DNA of 63,857 nucleotides, counting the filler, from Octopus bimaculoides (taxonomy: Eukaryota): assembly GCF_001194135.2 (NCBI RefSeq). It is 5 parts of 5 records of this genome, joined end to end, with 100 filler letters (N's around TTAATTAATTAA, not from the genome) between each part and the next. Parts side by side here need not be neighbours in the genome. Positions count along the whole stretch, not along the records: positions 1 to 31,087 come from NC_068999.1; 4 more parts are not named here. The stretch is one strand, 5' to 3'. Position 1 is the stretch's first letter, and every line of letters starts with the position of its first letter. Below are positions 15,318 through 28,631 of this stretch, piece after piece. The position numbers and the translations under genes were made by a program. The notes under the pieces were generated by a model. The model was given only the letters and a program-made list of their open reading frames with translations. It searched no databases and was not told the origin of the DNA.

Positions 15318-15838
15318 CATACAGCCATGCACGCATACACACCCACGTTTATATGCACTATACACGCATACATATACACGTCCACACACACACATAATCT
15401 CCTGTACGCTTCGCAGGTTTCTCTGTGAGAAGCAGAAATTTAGATTTTATTTAGTATATAAGAAGAGAGAAAAAAATAACAGCATCAATGTGATTGTGAT
15501 GGAGAGACTAATCGCGACAATGAATGATAGCGAGGGAGAGACAGACAGACAGAGGGAGGGAGAGAGAGAAGGCGACTGACAGGGCTACAGAGAGAGAGAG
15601 AGATGGGCCAAATAGAAAGAAAAAGGGAGAAATAGATTAAACGAAATGACGTTGTATAAAGAATGAAAGAGGGAGAGGGAGAGAGACAAAGAGGGAGAGA
15701 ACATCAGGGAGAGGAAGAGGGAAACAGACTCATAGGGAGGGGAGAAAATAGAAAAAAGATGGAGAAATAGAAATATCTAAGAAAGAAAGAAAGGCAAAGA
15801 GAGAGAGAAAGAGGGAGAGAGAGGGAGAGAGAGTGAGT

Positions 15839-15870
<32 letters not shown>

Positions 15871-16297
15871 TGTTATTTAAGGTAAAAAAATCTTGTAAAA
15901 AATCATACACGAGGAAAATTGAGTCTAAAACCGTAGAATGCGGACTGAAATAAGCAAAGGAAGAATGATTTGCCTTGTCTATGGTAATATTTTGGTAGCA
16001 TGGCTAGACTCAGTTCCCAGCAAAAGCTCAATCCATTTGCTTACACTTAGAGTACAGGTTTAAGATTTTCGGTTCTAGGTAGCTAAGATCTTTGTGGTTT
16101 TTGTCACTGTTTGCAATTTTCTTCCAATTGTTTTCAAATTTGGTATATCGATTAAGTTTTGTATGCTAATTATGTAAAGGAAAATCATTTTCCCTATAGA
16201 TCCATAGTTAAAAAGTTATTAGCCTTTAATTGAAAAATTTGGGTATTTTAGCCAACCAGAAGCAAATATTTTATACACCAACGTGGCCAAGAACTCT

Positions 16298-16394
16298 GTT
16301 TCCATTGTAACCAAAGCAAAGAAGCACCACTTGTTTCATAGCTGATTGTGAAGAACTCTGTTTCCATAGTAACCAAAGATGCTGCGCATGCGCA
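16298..16394. promoter_or_regulatory. candidate cis-regulatory cluster: two RFX X-box-like motifs and an NRF1-like palindrome
   Basis: GTTTCCATTGTAAC (16298-16311), GTTTCCATAGTAAC (16360-16373) and TGCGCATGCGCA (16383-16394). Motif match only. Confidence 0.35.
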
Positions 16395-17316
16395 TAGGGA
16401 AGAGAAGGAGATACGAGAAAGATAATTTATTTTATAAAATGCAAGAGTGTATTGCAAACATTCGTTCTCGAATTTTTTAAATTAATAAATGTCTGTTTTA
16501 AACAATTTTTGACTATATTTCTAGCAACTCCTGTTGGTTTGTTTGTTCGTAGCTTTTAAATATTTAATTTGCTCGCGTAGCTAGTTTAATGTTTTGACAT
16601 GCCAATGCCCCCCACCCATGATAGAATATGCTGCCCCCGAGAAGATGAAAGGCAAAGTCGTCCCCGGCGGAATTTCAACTCAGAACGTAGTGAGGGGTGA
16701 AATGTTGCTTAGCATTTTGTCCGGCATAATAACGTTTCTGCCAGCTCACCGCCTTTTTTCCTTGAAAATATATTGAGTATACATATTCCTAACGACGTCT
16801 TCATTATTCTGAATCATACAAGCACGGTTCCCTTCAGATCTTGAAACCACTTTGAGTCAAAATTTCAGAATCAAAAAATGCAACCTAGAGAAGAGTAAGG
16901 ATTCCGAAAGCTGTTGGCAGGTTCGATCGATCAAAATCTAAAAAATAAATAAATAAATGAATAATACCGATGAAATCGATAATTCGGAATATTCTATTTA
17001 TTATTCCATTGACGAAATAACCAACGATGATGCAATCTTCCCAGATGATCTTAAATATGAAAATTTGTTGTTAATCCAATAATATTCCGATTATCTGGAG
17101 CAATAAATAAGCTTAATCTAAGGATCTGTTTCACGAATTCATTTGTCGATTGCGCAATGCAAATTGCGCTGGTTTGGCCAGAGAAATAGATCCGTGCCTA
17201 TCGAAAATATGTAACCCCCATATATAAGAACATTCATTCTCTCTCGCTTACGCTGTTTCTTTCTGACTCTTCTTAGATCACATTCTTTCTCTCTCTCTCT
17301 CTCCCTTATAAACACA

Positions 17317-17358
<42 letters not shown>

Positions 17359-17382
17359 CGAGGGGGTGCTGAAAAGTTCCTG
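17359..17382 (+). mobile_element. solo mariner TIR
   Basis: TA|CGAGGGGGTGCTGAAAAGTTCCTG sits between (CA)n/(TA)n and (TA)n/(TG)n tracts and resembles the TIRs at 40554 and 40769. Confidence 0.6.
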
Positions 17383-17384
17383 TT

Positions 17385-17423
<39 letters not shown>

Positions 17424-17471
17424 GTGCGTGTGTGTGCGTGTGCGTGTGTGTGAGTGTGTGCGTGCGTGTGT

Positions 17472-17505
<34 letters not shown>

Positions 17506-17570
17506 AAATGCGCGTGTCATTCTATTTTGTATGTGTTTTTCTAAACAAACACATACAAACGCATATACAC

Positions 17571-17627
<57 letters not shown>

Positions 17628-18559
17628 CTCATTACTTTTACTACTGCTGTTGCTCTTACTACTACTNNNNNNNNNNNNNNNNNNNNNNNNNNNNNNNNNN
17701 NNNNNNNNNNNNNNNNNNNNNNNNNNNNNNNNNNNNNNNNNNNNNNNNNNNNNNNNNNNNNNNNNNNNNNNNNNNNNNNNNNNNNNNNNNNNNNNNNNNN
17801 NNNNNNNNNNNNNNNNNNNNNNNNNNNNNNNNNNNNNNNNNNNNNNNNNNNNNNNNNNNNNNNNNNNNNNNNNNNNNNNNNNNNNNNNNNNNNNNNNNNN
17901 NNNNNNNNNNNNNNNNNNNNNNNNNNNNNNNNNNNNNNNNNNNNNNNNNNNNNNNNNNNNNNNNNNNNNNNNNNNNNNNNNNNNNNNNNNNNNNNNNNNN
18001 NNNNNNNNNNNNNNNNNNNNNNNNNNNNNNNNNNNNNNNNNNNNNNNNNNNNNNNNNNNNNNNNNNNNNNNNNNNNNNNNNNNNNNNNNNNNNNNNNNNN
18101 NNNNNNNNNNNNNNNNNNNNNNNNNNNNNNNNNNNNNNNNNNNNNNNNNNNNNNNNNNNNNNNNNNNNNNNNNNNNNNNNNNNNNNNNGTGGTGGTGGTG
18201 GTGGTGGTTATGATTAGTAAAACGTAGGCAATAAATTCTGCCGATGTTTTCTGATCTATAAATCAATGTATTCAACGAAAAACATCAATTACAATCGTCC
18301 TTTCCCCTATTCCGCTCCCACCAAAACCAAAAAAGAAAAAAAGCACAAAAGCCCACAAAAAATACAAAACACCAGTAAACAAATAAACAAGCTTAAACAC
18401 CATAAGACAACAAAAACTTTAAAAAATAGACAAAGGAAAAATTTCACATTTCCATACAAATAGCTGATAGGTTTGTGAAATATTAATATTCATTAACAAC
18501 TTTTGCAACGTTATATCTAAGGCATGTGTCTCCGTGTTCCATCAAATTGATTTATTCAA

Positions 18560-18714
18560 TTAACAATATAACAACAATAATAACAATATAACAACAATAT
18601 TAGTAGTAAAAATAAGAAGAAGAATAATAACAATAATAAAAACAACAATGACACTAATAATAATAATAGTTACTAGTGGTTGCAGCAGCAGCATTAGTAG
18701 TGATAGTAGTCGTA

Positions 18715-18779
<65 letters not shown>

Positions 18780-18920
18780 CGTAGTAGTAGAAGTAGTAGT
18801 AGTAGTAGTTGTAGTAGTACTACTAGTAATAATAATAATAATAACACTAACATAATATTGATAACTAATAATAGTAATAGTAATGACGATGATGATGACG
18901 GTGATGATGATGATGAAGAA

Positions 18921-18957
<37 letters not shown>

Positions 18958-19809
18958 CGATGATGATGATAATGATGGTGGTGATGACGACGACGATGAT
19001 GATGATGTAGAAGATGATGACGACGACGACGTCAATGATGATGATGACGATGATGATGATGATGACGACGATGATGATGATGATGATGATGATGATGACG
19101 ATGATGATGATGNNNNNNNNNNNNNNNNNNNNNNNNNNNNNNNNNNNNNNNNNNNNNNNNNNNNNNNNNNNNNNNNNNNNNNNNNNNNNNNNNNNNNNNN
19201 NNNNNNNNNNNNNNNNNNNNNNNNNNNNNNNNNNNNNNNNNNNNNNNNNNNNNNNNNNNNNNNNNNNNNNNNNNNNNNNNNNNNNNNNNNNNNNNNNNNN
19301 NNNNNNNNNNNNNNNNNNNNNNNNNNNNNNNNNNNNNNNNNNNNNNNNNNNNNNNNNNNNNNNNNNNNNNNNNNNNNNNNNNNNNNNNNNNNNNNNNNNN
19401 NNNNNNNNNNNNNNNNNNNNNNNNNNNNNNNNNNNNNNNNNNNNNNNNNNNNNNNNNNNNNNNNNNNNNNNNNNNNNNNNNNNNNNNNNNNNNNNNNNNN
19501 NNNNNNNNNNNNNNNNNNNNNNNNNNNNNNNNNNNNNNNNNNNNNNNNNNNNNNNNNNNNNNNNNNNNNNNNNNNNNNNNNNNNNNNNNNNNNNNNNNNN
19601 NNNNNNNNNNNNNNNNNNNNNNNNNNNNNNNNNNNNNNNNNNNNNNNNNNNNNNNNNNNNNNNNNNNNNNNNNNNNNNNNNNNNNNNNNNNNNNNNNNNN
19701 NNNNNNNNNNNNNNNNNNNNNNNNNNNNNNNNNNNNNNNNNNNNNNNNNNNAACAACAACAACAACAACAACAGCAGCAGCAGCAACAACGACTACAACA
19801 ACATTAATG

Positions 19810-19865
<56 letters not shown>
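18560..19865. repeat. long compound trinucleotide array (ACA/ATA/GTA/GAT/GAC/TAA) spanning a gap
   Basis: Read directly from the sequence; gives rise to spurious poly-S, poly-M and poly-I ORFs. Confidence 0.95.
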
Positions 19866-19868
<3 letters not shown>

Positions 19869-20380
19869 AAATTGACATTCTAAAAAACAGACTTAGTAGC
19901 CCCGAAATATATTTAAAAAAAAAAATCAGACGATAATTGCTCTGGCGAAAATTTGAAAAGATTCTAAACTGCAACAACAACGACGACAACAACAACAACA
20001 ACAACAAAAACAACAACAACAACAACAAGACCAGCGGTAGCAAAAACAATGGCGAATTTTATGATCTACAAAATAATAAAGAAGAATAAAAGCATTGCTC
20101 GTGCATCAGGTGATTCGGTGCAAACTGATGGAATATTTCTGTGTAGCATTTATAGTCTGTTGTAGAAATTCTTCGCAAACAGACACCGTTACACACACCC
20201 AGTTTAATTACGCTGATTAACCTAGCATGTAAGTTAAGTGGCACATACATACATACATACATACATACATACATACATGCATACATACACACGTACATAC
20301 ATACATACGCTCACATCTGCACTCGCGCACACACACATGCGAATTCAGCGAATAAACAAAACACACGGTGTTTATGTGCG

Positions 20381-20431
<51 letters not shown>

Positions 20432-20605
20432 NNNNNNNNNNNNNNNNNNNNNNNNNNNNNNNNNNNNNNNNNNNNNNNNNNNNNNNNNNNNNNNNNNNNN
20501 NNNNNNNNNNNNNNNNNNNNNNNNNNNNNNNNNNNNNNNNNNNNNNNNNNNNNNNNNNNNNNNNNNNNNNNNNNNNNNNNNNNNNNNNNNNNNNNNNNNN
20601 NNNNN

Positions 20606-20687
<82 letters not shown>

Positions 20688-20909
20688 CTTTAATAATATT
20701 ATTAATGTTGACTTCAAAGGTTCGAAGGTCGTGGCTTATTGAAATTGGTAAGGCTTTATGAATAAGGCATGAAAGACCAAACTTCGCAAATCACAGTCAA
20801 TAGCCTCTTAATTATAATGTTATTCTGTACACATCTTCTAGGTCAATATCTCTTACTTTCATGCAGATAAAAGTACAACTTCTCTATTCATTGATGTATA
20901 CACACACAC

Positions 20910-20959
<50 letters not shown>

Positions 20960-21066
20960 GCTCATACGTAGAGACCAAACATGTGAATTAAGTCACGTGC
21001 GTTTCTTTCCCGGCAATTTTCTCTCTTTTCTCCTTCACTTCCTTATCTGTCCTGGACTTAATTTTC

Positions 21067-21101
21067 GTATCTGACGAAGTACTATATCCGAAACGTTATA
21101 C
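21067..21101 (+). ncRNA. Penelope-type hammerhead core remnant
   Basis: GTAT CTGACGA AG..CC GAA ACGT T ATAC: 4-bp stem I, ACGT palindrome, degraded stem II. Confidence 0.4.
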
Positions 21102-22676
21102 TTTTACGCTGTAATTTTTCTTCCTTCTTTCAGCGTTAACCTGTTAATATTAGTTTCAGATTTTCACACAAGGCTAGCAATTTCGTAGGAGGGGTTAATT
21201 CGATTACATCGACCCAAGTTTTCAGCTGGTACTTATTTTGTCGACCCTGAAAGAATGAAAAGGCAAAGTCGACCTCGGTGGAATAATACGATTATTCGTT
21301 TTAATTTTGGCACAAGGCCAGCAATTTCGGTGGTGGGAGTAAGTCGATTACTTCGACCCCCAGGGTTCAAATGGTAATTATTTTATCGACCCCGAGAGGA
21401 TGAAATACAAATCGACCACATAGGTGTGAACCTAATATTATTATTAACTACACCTGTTTGTCATTTGGAATTTGTTTTGTTGTTTTATGCTTTGTATTTC
21501 ATTTGCTTTTACATTTAGACTTGTTTTGTGTAAATGATGACAATGAATCCTCTCGTAGTTTGTATTCGATATAATGAGTTCGTTTTTGCCGTACAAGCTG
21601 ATCCCCACTAATTCCATTAAAATGAGTCAACGTGACATCTCACAGGATTTGACTACGACAGAGTAATTTCAAAATTCTTCCATTTCATCCTTCTCATTCC
21701 AGCAATTATCTCAAAGAAAAAGCAAACATCTCTTGGAATGCTTAATTATTTGGATGACGCCTTCTGTGATATTCTAGCCGACTTAGTGGCTTTTATGAGA
21801 TGGTTCGACCTTATTGAAAGAACTTTCAGAGGTCAACGACCTCGAAATGGATAATTCCGTTTTCAATTTTGTCTTCGAGATCGTTGAACCGAATGATGAC
21901 AGACGCAATATAGTTTCAAAGATTAACATTCATTTCGTGTCAGCTTTTGTTTTATGTATGATCGTGTTACCTTCTAAAGAGAAAATCCCTTATGATGCGA
22001 TTTTAAAGTTTACATTGTTTGTTTTAAGTGTTATAACTTCCAATTATTTATTTGGGTTTCTACGTAAATCATATTGTATAACGCTGCAGCTTATTTTATG
22101 TAAAAGATACTAAGTCATTTAAAAGCAGTCGACCTGCAGTCAACCTTGTGTTTCAGGGAAACCCAACATTATACACAAATCTAACTAAAATTTAAACAAA
22201 AAGACAGATCTAATGTCGGCTTGTAAACACATATTTTAATGCTTTCTGGCGAGAAATCATTGAGGCCGCTTCTGATCACTGACATATGACACCACGTGAC
22301 TTACACTGCCTACATTACCACCTCGAATGAGTCTTATTTTCCAGAGTTCTTGGCGACTGCCTGCCACACAAAATCCCATTCATCCTAACTATCTTCATAC
22401 ACATACACATGAACACACAGACACATATTCACACTTATGAAAACAATATTTGCACATACATACACATATTCACACTTATGAAAACAATATTTACACACAC
22501 ATACACAAGTACGTAAACATGGATATTTACAAATACACACACACACACACACATTTCTTTTATTCTTTCTTTTCTCCTTTTCAAGTTTCGCTGGATTGCT
22601 TCGAGCTCCGGGTAGATAAATGTCTTCTGAGTGGATTTGGTAGACGGAAAGTGAAAAAATAGCCTGTCATATATAC

Positions 22677-22711
<35 letters not shown>

Positions 22712-23480
22712 TGCGTAAGTGTGTGTCTGTATGTGTTTTTGTGCCCCCACCCCGCTTCACAGCTGATATTGGTGAGCTTACGACTCCGTAACTTAGCAGT
22801 TCTGCCAAAGAGACAATACAATAAGTTTCAGACCCCAAAAATGTAATTACTAGGCTCAATTAATTCGAATAAAATTCTTCAAGGCGGTGCCCCATCATGG
22901 CCGCAGTCTAATGGGTGAGACAAGTGAACAGAAAAAAATTTNNNNNNNNNNNNNNNNNNNNNNNNNNNNNNNNNNNNNNNNNNNNNNNNNNNNNNNNNNN
23001 NNNNNNNNNNNNNNNNNNNNNNNNNNNNNNNNNNNNNNNNNNNNNNNNNNNNNNNNNNNNNNNNNNNNNNNNNNNNNNNNNNNNNNNNNNNNNNNNNNNN
23101 NNNNNNNNNNNNNNNNNNNNNNNNNNNNNNNNNNNNNNNNNNNNNNNNNNNNNNNNNNNNNNNNNNNNNNNNNNNNNNNNNNNNNNNNNNNNNNNNNNNN
23201 NNNNNNNNNNNNNNNNNNNNNNNNNNNNNNNNNNNNNNNNNNNNNNNNNNNNNNNNNNNNNNNNNNNNNNNNNNNNNNNNNNNNNNNNNNNNNNNNNNNN
23301 NNNNNNNNNNNNNNNNNNNNNNNNNNNNNNNNNNNNNNNNNNNNNNNNNNNNNNNNNNNNNNNNNNNNNNNNNNNNNNNNNNNNNNNNNNNNNNNNNNNN
23401 NNNNNNNNNNNNNNNNNNNNNNNNNNNNNNNNNNNNNNNNNNNNNNNNNNNNNNNNNNNNNNNNNNNNNNNNNNNNNNNN

Positions 23481-23550
<70 letters not shown>

Positions 23551-25160
23551 CGTGTGCCCGTATGTATATATATGCACACACATAAGTGAGACCAAAGAGA
23601 CCCCGTTATATGTATATAAAAAAGAATACAAAAAAGCGACAAGAACGCAGCAGACGACAAAACACCTAGACAGTTAGATATGTGTGTCTTCTCATGCATA
23701 TACTTACATCTCTACGCATGCGCATATATACTTAAATGATTAACTTCTGGACACTTTTACAGATTTTTACAGTTCCAATGATGGATTGGGTCTGTAAGCT
23801 TCAAGTCAACTAACTCTATTCTGGTTATGTATGTATGTATGTATGTATGTATGTATGTATGTATGTATGTATGTGTGCAAGGAAGTACGTATGTGCAGGT
23901 CAGCTTGATTTCTAGTGCCACTGGCAGCATGTATGACATTACAACCTGTTGCAAGATTAGATCATGTAATATATTCAGTTTGGTCGAGTCAGTCACTTTA
24001 TTCTCTGCGTTTCAACTATAGGCACACAGACTCTTCAGGCATAAATGGACTCAAAATGTTTACACCCACAGATGAGTCTCCACATGAAAGAAGTATAATA
24101 TAAGAAGGAAAGAATGACAAGCAAAGACGACAGGTCATTGCAATCGCATTCATCATATTTTCTGTTTTGTTTTTTAACTTGTTATTTACCCGGATTTTAT
24201 GTATCCGTTTATTCTTTCGGTTGGTTGTTTAGGGAACTATAATGTTTGTTCTCGAGAACAATAGAAACGAAATGAAAGTATCAGCGAAAATTGAAGGATA
24301 GAATAGAAGTATAAATGAATAAACGAGCTGAAGATGTTCAAGGATAAACTCCAAAAAGAAACCACACGAAAATAAAAACAAACAAGTGTATGTGACGTTC
24401 TATTTTTAAACAAAAGGATGAAAGAGAAGTGATGGTGGGGGGGGTACGAAGAACAACAACAAAAACGAGAATAGAAGAGAGCGGGGGTGGGGATGGTGAG
24501 TAGATGTGAGAAGCAGAACGATCGAACGAATGAAGAAAACTCCCTTCACGGTACTACGCTTTCGCGATGGAATAAATATGAAAGAATAACAAAACGAAAC
24601 AAAAATTATTTTACGAAAGAATGAAGAAGGGAGATTAATACTTAAAGGAATTTAAATATCGTCGATATTTTTGGTTTTTAACATTTCAATGAATAATAAT
24701 TTTTCTGAATGTTAGCGTTGAGAAATGTTTGTTACTTCAAACAAACAATACAAAAAAAAAAAAAAANNNNNNNNNNAAAAAAAAAAAAAAAAAAAAATTT
24801 AAATGGATGGAATAAGACAATAATACAAAGCAACATTTAGATTAAAGGAAAAACTAAACGATAACGTGCATAATGTGATATAGTATAATATAATATAATA
24901 TATAATATAATATAATATATAATACAATAAGTATAAACACAGTTTGAAACTAAGGATTTTCACGGATGTGTGCATACCTGTTGAATACATACATACATAC
25001 ATACAGACAGACAGACAGACAGACAGACAGACTGATAGGTAGATAGGGAGTTAGATAGAAATAGAGAAGTAGATGCAAACACATGCAACCCCCCCCCCAC
25101 TTATATATGCATACATATATATACGTATATATACATAAATTATACATATACATAGATACA

Positions 25161-25340
25161 AGGCGGCGAGCTGGCAGAATCGTTAGCACGCCGGGCGAAA
25201 TGCTTAGCGGTATTTCGTCCGTCTCTGCGTTCTGTGTTCAAATTTCGCCGAGGTCGACTTGTCCTTTTGAAAACGATAAATTAAGTACCAGTGGAACACT
25301 GGGGTTGATGTAGTCGACTAGTCACCTCCACCAAACTTCA
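25161..25340 (+). mobile_element. tRNA-derived SINE family A (best copy)
   Basis: Head AGGCGGCGAGCTGGCAGAATCGTTAG...GTTCAAATT (Pol III box A/B-like), then GAGGTCGACTT...GATAAATTAAGTACCAG. Related copies lie at about 3640-4039 (two, -), 11141-11353 (-), 12440-12619 (-), 13562-13710 (-), 16620-16755 (-), 21160-21415 (two, -), 25998-26110 (+), 26843-27018 (+), 55165-55370 (+) and 59975-60130 (+). Confidence 0.85.
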
Positions 25341-25350
25341 NNNNNNNNNN

Positions 25351-25397
<47 letters not shown>

Positions 25398-25713
25398 CAT
25401 ATATTTGTAATAATATAAAGTTGTTTTTACCAGCCCTGACGTTTCGTTGATAAAAGACCAAAAGAGGTTACGACGTTGCCATTACGAATTCATCTTTTCA
25501 CGATTGTTTTGTCTTCGTTTCCGTGAACATTTGATATTTGATATCACCACACTGATAACGTTATAGCAAAATTGATATTGTGTTGAAAGTGAGGTGTACA
25601 CACATCCGTACGGCCGTATCTATGTATACATATTTGCATGTTTATGGAGAGATAGTGGGGTCGAGAGATATCTGAGCATGCGTGTGTTTGTGTTTATCTG
25701 CATATTTACACAT

Positions 25714-25777
<64 letters not shown>

Positions 25778-25955
25778 TGTTTTTTTATGGAATGTATGTA
25801 TGAGATTTTGTGTGTTTAGCAAGATAGATGAAACGAATATGTATACTTTTTTGTGTGTGAATATACTCATGTAAATATGTTTATATTTACATGTATGTAT
25901 GTATGCATGCGTGTATAGTGTACACACACAGACATACATACATACACACGTATTC

Positions 25956-25986
<31 letters not shown>

Positions 25987-26842
25987 NNNNNNNNNNCTGA
26001 GTTCAAAATCCACCGAGGTCCGCTTTGTCTTTCATCATTTCGGGGTCGATAAATTAAGTACCAGTTGCGTACTTAAAGTTTCGGGCCTTGTGCCTAGAGT
26101 AGAAAAGAATTTTTTGGTCGATTTTCTATTTTGGTTTCTAGATAATTATTATGTCACGTAGGCCATATAGGGGCATGTGTTTCTTAAGGGTGTAACCCCT
26201 CAAATTACATCATTACTAACTCGTGTGTCTGCTGTATTGTCAGCGAATTGGATCCATTTTTGAAGACGCGAAACATTTCCATGCATGGAGGAATGACAAA
26301 TGTCACTGGTTAATACTTTTAATGTAGTTAGGAGAAAATAGTCAACTATTTCGCTCTTCGATTACAAGTGAGAGATTTGTCCTCAAATTCGGTTTCTATT
26401 GTACTATAGTTTCCTGGGCGACGAGTCGGACTCGCTAATTATATGTAATTTTTCTTCATTAAATTTACGTTAAGGAGATTGTGTTGGTGTTTGTTTGTCA
26501 GCGTCTTTATCCATTTTCGTATCTACGAAATTTAATACATTCACATTCGTAGGTAGCGTAATTTTTAAATCAAATTCCTTTTAAATACCTAATTATCTTC
26601 TTTCTGAGTTTATTCCTGTCAAGCTCATTATAGTATGGCACACAGCAAGTCCCTCGTCTCTCTAAAGTCCGATGTTGATACGTAAATTTCATTCTACATT
26701 ATAAAAGGTATCATGTGAAGAAATGCGAAATCTGAGCACCAGCGCAACGACTCTGCTGTGCATTGTAGAGTTTGAAAGAAATATAATTAAATAATAACCA
26801 TTTCCTTTCATTCATTACAATTTTGATATCGGTTTCAGTTAT

Positions 26843-27018
26843 AAGGCGGCGAGCTGGCAGAATCGTTAGCACGCCGGACGAAATACTTGGCGGTATTTCG
26901 TCTGTCTTCGTGTTCTGAGTTCAAATTCCTTCGAGGTCGACTTTGCCTTTCATCCTTTCAGGGTCGATAAATTAAGTACCATTTGCGTGCTGAGGTCGAT
27001 CTAACTGCCCCCCCCCCA
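26843..27018 (+). mobile_element. SINE family A copy
   Basis: Near-identical head and body to the copy at 25161, with box B GAGTTCAAATTCC. Confidence 0.85.
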
Positions 27019-27583
27019 ATGTCGGTTTTAGTTATGATGAATATGGCTGAATTTGCGATTGGATAAATGTTCGATATTTTTAAACACCACTATATTGGTG
27101 GTACATTTACATTGCTTAAAATTCTTTCGTAAAATGGATTTGCCGTGTAGTCCTAGCTCAAGTTTTCTGAAGTGTATTTAGATTAATAGGGAAATAATCC
27201 ATATATACACACACAAAAAGGTAAATACAAAAATAATATAATTCTACACACACACACACACATACACACACACACATACACACACACACATACACACGTC
27301 TGTATATATATTTACATATGCATGCACACACATACGCACGCACACACACATATGTATATATATGTGTGTGTGTATGTATGTATATGTATAAGCATATGTA
27401 TTTGTATGTTCTCACACATACTAGCCTCTTTATATGTGTACGTTAGCATATATGATGGAACGTGTGTATGTATATATATGAAATGTGCGTATGTATCTAT
27501 ATGGATATAGATTTATTTTTATATAGTTAAAAATATATGTGTGTGTCAATATACATATATATGTGTATATATTTATACATACT

Positions 27584-27615
<32 letters not shown>

Positions 27616-28369
27616 NNNNNNNNNNNNNNNNNNNNNNNNNNNNNNNNNNNNNNNNNNNNNNNNNNNNNNNNNNNNNNNNNNNNNNNNNNNNNNNNNNNNN
27701 NNNNNNNNNNNNNNNNNNNNNNNNNNNNNNNNNNNNNNNNNNNNNNNNNNNNNNNNNNNNNNNNNNNNNNNNNNNNNNNNNNNNNNNNNNNNNNNNNNNN
27801 NNNNNNNNNNNNNNNNNNNNNNNNNNNNNNNNNNNNTATGTATATATACATATATATGAATACACACACATACACTCACATACATATATATATATTAGAA
27901 TTTTCATATTTAATAAAAGTATAAAATAAAACCGCAACCCTGATTTCAATCATTGTGTTTCCTATATTCGTTCGTGTCTAGTCTTATGGCTTTATTAATA
28001 AGATCAATTCGTTTGAAGTGTAGCATCTATCAACAAACAGCTGAACATCCTAAATAGAACAAAAACCTATCAAATACTCAGAATATTGAAGAAATACAAT
28101 ATTAAAGTAAAATTACTCGTTGAACTATTTACCTTACTAGATATTAGATTATATTTAGACGTAATTATATAGAATTGTATTCGCTTTTCTATATATGTGT
28201 GTGTATGTGTGTCTCTGTGCCAGAGCGTGTATATGTCCGTAGGTGTGTATGTTGTCCCGTGGTTTGCCTATTCAGCACATCTTGTTTTTTTTTTATTTTT
28301 ATTTTTAATGAAGAACAAATAATAATGACGACAATGATGAAGATGGTGGGGATGATGATGATGATGATA

Positions 28370-28403
<34 letters not shown>

Positions 28404-28559
28404 GGATGATGAGGATGAGGATGATAACAATAACTATAGGCACGTGGCCAGCAATTCCAAGTGGTGGGTTCCAGGAGATTGTATGAAGCCCAGTTCTCAA
28501 TTGGTGCTTGGTTTTATTGACCCTCTGATTGCGTAGTTTAACATCTATCTATCTATCTA

Positions 28560-28631
<72 letters not shown>

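Noticed and set aside
20042-20070. KNNGEFYDL resembling the SIM bHLH (KENxEFYEL)
   Set aside because: The flanking residues show no bHLH similarity; chance match beside a microsatellite.
21814-22113. 99-aa ORF starting at TTG
   Set aside because: Non-ATG start, no motif and no splice support.
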